64,000 nt of DNA, from contig CAXXMV010000006.1 of the NCBI GenBank assembly GCA_963662285.2, positions 160,001 to 224,000 on the forward strand. The letters are read 5' to 3'. A program made the translations under genes and the position numbers. Shown piece after piece: positions 58,340 through 64,000 of the stretch. The stretch comes from a bacterium. GTDB lineage: Bacteria > Hinthialibacterota > Hinthialibacteria > Hinthialibacterales > Hinthialibacteraceae. Under the pieces are notes generated by a model, which saw nothing but the letters and a program-made list of their open reading frames with translations, was not told the DNA's origin and did not search any database. How positions within the stretch are numbered: position 1 is the first letter of the stretch; every line of letters begins with the position of its first letter.

Positions 58340-60019
58340 CTAAGGGATGGGAATGATATTGGTGGCATCATAATAGACCACCTGATCGCCGGGCAGGGGG
58401 TTTTTGATACGGACGGTGAATTGCCTGCGCTGAAAATCTATGAAATCGAAGGCGGTCTGATCAGCCTTGGTATTTCCTTTTCTGATGAACCTGGTTGTAG
58501 GTCCACTGGCGGTTACTTGATAGGTATGTTGATCAATTTGTTTAACCTGTACGCCGTCGCTTTCCGAGTAAATAGTCTGAAAAACAGCGGGGCGTATATC
58601 TTCAAATAACACTGAATCTGAATACTGATCTACAGCTGGTTTGATCCCATTGCGCAGCATATAGGCGCCATTAAAGGTGTCAGGGATATTCAATACTATC
58701 AGCCTGTGGCTGTTGGGTAGTTTTTTGATGTCTTGAATGATTTGTTTGGTGTAGGTTCCTGCAAATAGCCATTCGCGGTTTGCATTAAATAGTAGTCCTG
58801 CGCATATAATGATAAGAACGGACAGAGTTCCCAAGGCAATCTTGGGTTGATATGTGAATATCAGGTCGATAATGCAGCAAAATAATAACAGCGTAAATAC
58901 GCTGGGCCAATAGATCAACCGTTCGCCCAGCGAGGTTCCCAGGTGTATGCCCAGGTTCAATACAGGCAGCAGGGCAATGACATAAAATATAATCGGCGCC
59001 AGCATCCAATCGGGTGCCTCAAAGCGCAATGGAAGCGCATGTCCGGTAAGTCTTCTGGAAAGTCGATTGAGTATGGTGAACAGAATCAGAGCGGTTGAAG
59101 CGTATAGCAGATAAGCGCCATATTGCAATATAACCGCATTGTAACCACCGATGGGCGGCAGCAATGTTCGCGTGGTATGAAAGATGATGTTGCGTTGCAT
59201 AAATGCTAAATCGAAGCGCAGATGAATCGATTGCCCATAACCGCCGATAAGGTTGCCCAGCATAATCCAGCGCAGCATAAAACAGCCTGTCAGGATAACG
59301 AAATATCCCAAGACGGGCGACCATTTTCTCAGCGATCTCCAGTCGTCATTGCGCAGGAAAATTTCAAGCGCTGCGATAATCAATGGAAAGGTGATGACCG
59401 ACTCTTTGGTCAGCGCTGCGCAGGCGAAAAGCGCTAATGACGTTGCGAGCATTGCATATTTATTAGATTCCCTGAATTTCATATATGACAGAAGCGCGGC
59501 CAGCATCCAGAAGGTTGCTATGACGTCTGAGCGGCCTGATATCCAACTGACGGCTTCAGTGTGGCTGGGGTGCAGCAGAAAGAGCAAGCCGCAGGCGTAG
59601 GCCAGCAGGTGAATTCGTCCGCTAGGCCATTGGTTCCATTTGAGCCAGATTTTTGCTATGCAGAAAATCAAAAAGGCATTGGTTGCATGAACCATTATAT
59701 TGGTTAAATGAAATCCAATCGATTGATAATTCCATAGGCTATGGTCAATCCAGAAACTCAGCATAACTAGTGGACGGAAGAAACTGCGTGGAAATACTAT
59801 CCACACTGCTTTGACGCCATGCAATGTGGTATCATGGATGAAATGGAAATCATCGGCTAGAAAGAAAGCCCCTAAAGCGGGAAGATATGCGATAAAACCC
59901 AAGAGCCAAAAGAGGCTTATCTGTTGAAGTGATCGCCTGATATCCGCCATAGTCAAATGAGCATCCATTTCTGATATACAATTATGAACCGTAATATGCA
60001 CATTAAAGTAAGCGTCCAT
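58340..60019 (-). CDS. GT-C-fold integral membrane glycosyltransferase (PMT/TMTC-like)
   Basis: FLADDF loop, FFRPL, FHLTNIMVH, LHPSHTEAVSWISGR, LTKES and ERLIYWP. The true start may lie downstream of 60019. Confidence 0.78.
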   Translation of the reverse strand: MDAYFNVHITVHNCISEMDAHLTMADIRRSLQQISLFWLLGFIAYLPALGAFFLADDFHFIHDTTLHGVKAVWIVFPRSFFRPLVMLSFWIDHSLWNYQSIGFHLTNIMVHATNAFLIFCIAKIWLKWNQWPSGRIHLLAYACGLLFLLHPSHTEAVSWISGRSDVIATFWMLAALLSYMKFRESNKYAMLATSLALFACAALTKESVITFPLIIAALEIFLRNDDWRSLRKWSPVLGYFVILTGCFMLRWIMLGNLIGGYGQSIHLRFDLAFMQRNIIFHTTRTLLPPIGGYNAVILQYGAYLLYASTALILFTILNRLSRRLTGHALPLRFEAPDWMLAPIIFYVIALLPVLNLGIHLGTSLGERLIYWPSVFTLLLFCCIIDLIFTYQPKIALGTLSVLIIICAGLLFNANREWLFAGTYTKQIIQDIKKLPNSHRLIVLNIPDTFNGAYMLRNGIKPAVDQYSDSVLFEDIRPAVFQTIYSESDGVQVKQIDQHTYQVTASGPTTRFIRKGNTKADQTAFDFIDFQRRQFTVRIKNPLPGDQVVYYDATNIIPIP

Positions 60020-60069
60020 GTTGTCAAGACATATTGTTTTAGGTCGATTTGTCTTGATTCATTTTTATG

Positions 60070-60101
60070 ATAGGTTAATCTCAATTATAGGATTAACCTA
60101 T
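60070..60101. promoter_or_regulatory. 11-bp inverted repeat in the divergent promoter region
   Basis: ATAGGTTAATC-10bp-GATTAACCTAT. Confidence 0.4.
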
Positions 60102-60153
60102 TAGATTAGTGATATGTCATCATATTATAATGATATGACGTATTGATGATGAT

Positions 60154-60400
60154 ATTCTCCCCCCAAGTTTGGGGGGAGTTAGAGGGGGGTTGCGTTTCAA
60201 CCCCCTCCTAACCTCCCTCAGGCTTGGGGGAGGAATATTGCGCCAATAACACTGGGCGCCATGGGCAAGACTGCAATGCGGTCAGCACTTGATCAAACCA
60301 CCAACGATAGGGTGAAATTCCTTAACTTAATGACAGTGGAGTTAGAGGGGGTTGCGCTACAACCCCCTCCTAACCTCCCCCAGGCTTGGGGGAGGAATAA
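60154..60400. repeat. Mosaic repeat cluster: family C doublet, family D hairpin, solo IS4-like TIR and a second family C unit
   Basis: Family C at 60154-60237. GGGCGCCATGGGCAAGACTGCAATGCGGTCAGCACTTGAT near 60254. TTAACTTAATGACAGTG at 60322-38 abuts GAGTTAGAGGGGGTTG..CAACCCCCTCCTAACCTCCCCCAGGCTTGGGGGAGG. Confidence 0.75.
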
Positions 60401-60466
60401 TGCGCCAATTACGAGTTTGCAATATACATGATTATGACTCTCCATACGGATGGTGAATGAAATTAA

Positions 60467-61309
60467 ATGGATTTTTTTGAAGCGCTTTTTTCTCAATCTT
60501 TTATTCAACGCGCGCTCTTGATGGGTTTGCTGGCCAGTTTCGCCTGCGGCGTTATCGGTTCTTATGTAGTAGTAAAACGGATCGTGTTTATCAGCGGCGG
60601 CATCGCTCATGCTGTGTTGGGCGGGATGGGCATCGCTTATTACATGGGTTTTCACCCTTTGATCGGAGCGATTATTTTTGCCATATTGTCGGCCCTGTTG
60701 ATTGGCATCATCAGCCTGAAAACCCGGCAGCGCGAGGATACCATCATCGGCGCCTTCTGGGCGATAGGCATGGCGGTCGGATTGATCTTTATTTCCCGCA
60801 CTCCGGGGTATAACGCCGACCTGATGAGTTATCTGTTCGGCAATATCCTGCTGGCTTCATCGCAGGATATTTATATCATTATCGCTTTGGATGTAGTGAT
60901 CGCGGTTATGGTATTTCTGTTCTACAAACAGTTTCTGGCGGTTTGCTTTGATGAAGAATACGCCCGTTTGCAAGGCGTTAATGTCGAGGCGATTTATCTT
61001 CTGCTGCTCTGCCTGATAGCATTAACCGTTGTAATATTGATTCAGGTAGTGGGCATCATCATGGTGATTGCGCTGTTAACGCTGCCAGCTGGAGTCGCCG
61101 CTCATTACGTCCGTAATCTGGCTGGCATGATGCTGCTGTCGGTTATACTTGGTTCAATGTTCACATCAGGCGGAATTTATTTGTCTTACGAACCAAATCT
61201 TCCCGCCGGGGCGACCATTATCATACTAGCCGGCGCTGCATATCTGCTTTCGTCTATATATAAGGAATGGCGCATCCGCGAAAATAAGAAGACGTCCATC
61301 AATGCTTAA
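60467..61309 (+). CDS. Metal (Zn/Mn) ABC-3 permease, ZnuB/MntB-like, orphan
   Basis: GSYVVVKR..GGIAHAVLGG, REDTIIG, YLFGNIL, FDEEYARLQG and VGIIMVIALL.LP. Confidence 0.92.
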   Translation: MDFFEALFSQSFIQRALLMGLLASFACGVIGSYVVVKRIVFISGGIAHAVLGGMGIAYYMGFHPLIGAIIFAILSALLIGIISLKTRQREDTIIGAFWAIGMAVGLIFISRTPGYNADLMSYLFGNILLASSQDIYIIIALDVVIAVMVFLFYKQFLAVCFDEEYARLQGVNVEAIYLLLLCLIALTVVILIQVVGIIMVIALLTLPAGVAAHYVRNLAGMMLLSVILGSMFTSGGIYLSYEPNLPAGATIIILAGAAYLLSSIYKEWRIRENKKTSINA

Positions 61310-61363
61310 TCAAATCTCACTTTCCCCTATTTTGATCTGCATGTAAGATATATCCAGAGAGGG

Positions 61364-61453
61364 CAATGTCATTAAGTTAACCTTATTGTCCCCTCTCCCT
61401 CCGGAAGGGTTAGGGTGAGGGGAATGTTCAAACAACTTAAGTTAATGACATTG
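61364..61453. mobile_element. 90-bp MITE with 17-bp IS4-like TIRs, copy 2
   Basis: CAATGTCATTAAGTTAA ... TTAAGTTAATGACATTG (16/17 inverted match), with the same internal CCCCTCTCCC..GGGTTAGGGTGAGGGG palindrome as 20302-20394. Confidence 0.8.
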
Positions 61454-61650
61454 GCTGGGTGGCAAGGGCAAGACCGCATCGCGGTCAGCCCTTGATGCGA
61501 TCACCTACGTATCTCAAAACTACGCTGAGAAGATCAGCCTACCGAGTTAGAGTGAGGAAAGTTTAAAAACTTAAGTTAATGACATTGAGTTATACAGGGG
61601 GGTTGCGCTTCAACCCCCTCCTAACCTCCCCCAATCTTGGGGGAGGGATT
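61454..61650. repeat. Mosaic repeat cluster: family D hairpin, solo TIR and family C unit
   Basis: CAAGGGCAAGACCGCATCGCGGTCAGCCCTTGAT, then TTAAGTTAATGACATTG at 61571-87, then GGGGGGTTGCGCTTCAACCCCCTCCTAACCTCCCCCAATCTTGGGGGAGG. Confidence 0.75.
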
Positions 61651-61700
61651 ATACGTTGCAATTGGATGATCTGTAAAAAAAAATTAACAAGAGAAAATTA

Positions 61701-62642
61701 ATGAGCGATACGCATACCATAGAAGGCATTACCCTGCATCTGGCCAATCCTGATACCACCAAGTGTGAATGGATCGGCCAGGGAGAAACCTTGGAACAAC
61801 TGATGGCTTGTTGGATGGTGGTTGATGACAAGGATATTCCCCTGTCGCCAAAATTAGTTGGTCCTCCGGGGGTCGGAAAAACTCTGCTGGGCATGGACGC
61901 CGCCCAACAACGCAAACAGAATCTTTATATTTTTCAATGCACCAGCGACACCCGACCCGAAGATTTACTGGTGACTCCGGTATTATCCGAGTCGGGCAAG
62001 ATAACCTATCGCGCATCACAGGTGGTTACCGCCATGCTGACCGGCGGCGTTTGCGTGCTTGATGAAGGCAACCGGATGCATGAAAAGAGTTGGGCTTCGC
62101 TGGCGCCATTGTTGGATCAACGCCGCTATGTCGAATCTATCATCGCCGGCATTACCATTGCTGCGCATGAAGATTTTAGAATCTGCGTCACCATGAATGA
62201 AGATGAGTCAACTTTCGAGGTGCCCGATTATATAGAATCACGCTTGCAGCCTACTATCCGCATACCTTTCCCATGCCGGAGTGATGAATTTGCAATCTTA
62301 AAGTATCATCTTCCCTTCGCGGAAGACGCCATATTATCCATGACGGTTGATTTCTTGCAGCAGGCGCATGGATTGGATCTCAATTTCTCCAGCCGGGACG
62401 GCATCCATATTATACGCTACGCCATCAAACGCTTACGGCAGAAATTATCTCATCCATTATCGCAAGATCAGGCCTGGGCTGAATCTCTATTGGCCGTGTT
62501 GGGAGAAGATGCGCTTGATCTGGAAATGCTGGCTGAAAAACGTTATCGCTCTGCGGAAGATTTGACTCCACCTATGGGGCTGTCGGATTTCTTTTTTGAC
62601 GACGATGATCCTCTACGACCCGACGAAGAAGATGACGAATAA
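61701..62642 (+). CDS. MoxR-family AAA+ ATPase
   Basis: [26 protein letters not shown] and FRICVTMN, with an acidic tail. Confidence 0.88.
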   Translation: MSDTHTIEGITLHLANPDTTKCEWIGQGETLEQLMACWMVVDDKDIPLSPKLVGPPGVGKTLLGMDAAQQRKQNLYIFQCTSDTRPEDLLVTPVLSESGKITYRASQVVTAMLTGGVCVLDEGNRMHEKSWASLAPLLDQRRYVESIIAGITIAAHEDFRICVTMNEDESTFEVPDYIESRLQPTIRIPFPCRSDEFAILKYHLPFAEDAILSMTVDFLQQAHGLDLNFSSRDGIHIIRYAIKRLRQKLSHPLSQDQAWAESLLAVLGEDALDLEMLAEKRYRSAEDLTPPMGLSDFFFDDDDPLRPDEEDDE

Positions 62643-62644
62643 AT

Positions 62645-64000
62645 ATGAACTTTGCCTCAAATCCCGTTTTTTCTATTGATGAAAACGTTACCATATTGCC
62701 AGTGGTGCATGGCAGCGGCGACTATGCCCTCGAAGTGCGCCGCATTATGCTGCAATCGCATTGGGATTGCATAGCGATTCCGCTGCCTTCGTCATTTCGT
62801 GAACCGGTGCTCCATGCGGTGCGCGATCTCCCCCGCATACAGATTGCCGCTATGGAAGAACCGGGCGAATCTAGTTGGAATTTCGTCCCCATCGATCCAT
62901 GCCAGCCGGTTATTATGGCCATACGCATCGCTATGGAAGAATACATCCCCATTGAATTTATTGACCGGGAAACTGCCGTATATGAATCTGAAGCATTTAT
63001 CAGCCCGGACACATTCGCCTTAAAAAAAACTTCTCTGGATCAGTTCTGCGCCGCCATTCTTCCCACTATCCCTCCTCCTGAGCCGGATAGCCAGTTGGAA
63101 TACCGCATCTTTACCATGGCCGATGAACTGCGTCAGTTGCAAGGCAATTATAAGAATATCCTCGCCCTGTGTCCTATCGCACATTGGCCTTGGCTGCGTG
63201 AAGCCTATCGCGCCCGGAAGAAGGCGCCGCCGGTTGAGCCTCATTATGCTCCAGTTATTACCGCGCCGGTTCGGGAACGCTCTCTGGTTTTTATTTTGGG
63301 AGAGTTGCCCTTTATCACTTATTTATATGAAAAATCCCGGCAGGAACTGTTGTCCGACGATAATCTGGCGGTGGATGGCGTAAAAGAACTTTTACTGCAA
63401 TCCAGGGAAGAGTGGTTAAGAAAATTCGAACCGCTGCATAATTGGGCGACGCCGCAGAGGCTGCAAATCCTATTGCAATACGTCCGCAATCTGGCGTTGC
63501 TCGATTCGCGCATGACGCCTGATTTATATACTCTTGCTATCGCGGCCAAACAGGTGATCGGCGATACTTACGCCATTTCAATGGTGGATACCGCAAAACA
63601 GTATCCCTATCAACATATCGCCGAAAAAGATGGCGTGGCCTTTGGCGTGGATAGAGCGGTTTTCCCTTCAGGCGGCGGTGGATTCATGAAGAACCGGCTG
63701 CTGGGTATGCCGTTTGAATGGCGTAATCTGCCTCTCAAGCGGCCTCCAGAAAAGGACAAGCAGAAAAAATGGAAGCAATTATGGAATCCATTCGGCATCT
63801 GCTCCTGGCCTCCTGAAGATGAGCGCATCGAGAGTTTTAACACCCATGTGCGCGACGCCGCCAAAGCCATTATCGGCGAGGGTTTGGTGCGTTCTGAAAA
63901 ATTCACCTCATCTCTCAAAGATGGCCTGGATATCCGGGAAACCATACGCAACTGGTATACCAAGGACCTGTACGTTAAAGAGATTCCTCCGTCGCGCGGG
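62645..64000 (+). CDS. Uncharacterised MoxR-partner protein (3' end outside the window; absent from the ORF track)
   Basis: My manual translation from ATG 62645 (MNFASNPVFSIDENVTILPVVHGSGDYA...) stays open to base 64000. It includes PIDPCQP, LGELPF, CSWPPED and DGLDIRETIRNW, and starts 2 bp after the ATPase stop. Confidence 0.85.
   Translation, partial: MNFASNPVFSIDENVTILPVVHGSGDYALEVRRIMLQSHWDCIAIPLPSSFREPVLHAVRDLPRIQIAAMEEPGESSWNFVPIDPCQPVIMAIRIAMEEYIPIEFIDRETAVYESEAFISPDTFALKKTSLDQFCAAILPTIPPPEPDSQLEYRIFTMADELRQLQGNYKNILALCPIAHWPWLREAYRARKKAPPVEPHYAPVITAPVRERSLVFILGELPFITYLYEKSRQELLSDDNLAVDGVKELLLQSREEWLRKFEPLHNWATPQRLQILLQYVRNLALLDSRMTPDLYTLAIAAKQVIGDTYAISMVDTAKQYPYQHIAEKDGVAFGVDRAVFPSGGGGFMKNRLLGMPFEWRNLPLKRPPEKDKQKKWKQLWNPFGICSWPPEDERIESFNTHVRDAAKAIIGEGLVRSEKFTSSLKDGLDIRETIRNWYTKDLYVKEIPPSRG

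Overview
A 64 kb bacterial chromosomal window with AT-rich intergenic regions. I found no rRNA, CRISPR array, prophage or intact transposase. Housekeeping genes include nadC, eno-ftsB, initiator tRNA-Met, two HU/IHF genes, Asp23, tatD, ktrAB/trkAH and add. They are interleaved with many envelope and secreted proteins: two leucine-rich-repeat (LRR) fusions, a TPR/FG-GAP/ASPIC protein split by a 1-nt frameshift, a 1347-aa Ig-repeat surface protein, a GH2, a solitary pilin-like protein and a GT-C glycosyltransferase. Transporters include a TolC-MacA-MacB-type efflux operon, an ABC-2 exporter, two MFS proteins and an orphan ZnuB-type permease. The style of the pilin-like protein, the FGFDIARDLE repeats and a ..NWSLY C-terminus remind me of the candidate phylum OLB16/Hinthialibacterota; this is recollection only and needs a phylogenetic check. 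The best candidate for an undescribed system is an AmmeMemoRadiSam operon (Memo-AMMECR1 fusion, DUF362, radical SAM) in which all three proteins carry export-type N-termini. It shares a two-copy palindromic site with a divergent efflux operon and lies near a membrane spermidine-synthase-fold protein with an altered catalytic motif. Other leads are a secreted LRR-tyrosine phosphatase fusion, an H-type pseudoknot just before the ribosome-binding site of the giant surface-protein gene, a pseudo-histidine kinase, an AAA-only sigma54 activator with a phased GGATG array, an esterase-pilin-GH2 locus, IS4-like MITEs nested with REP palindromes, and a group II intron DV/DVI remnant. All calls come from reading the sequence by eye; no database search was run.
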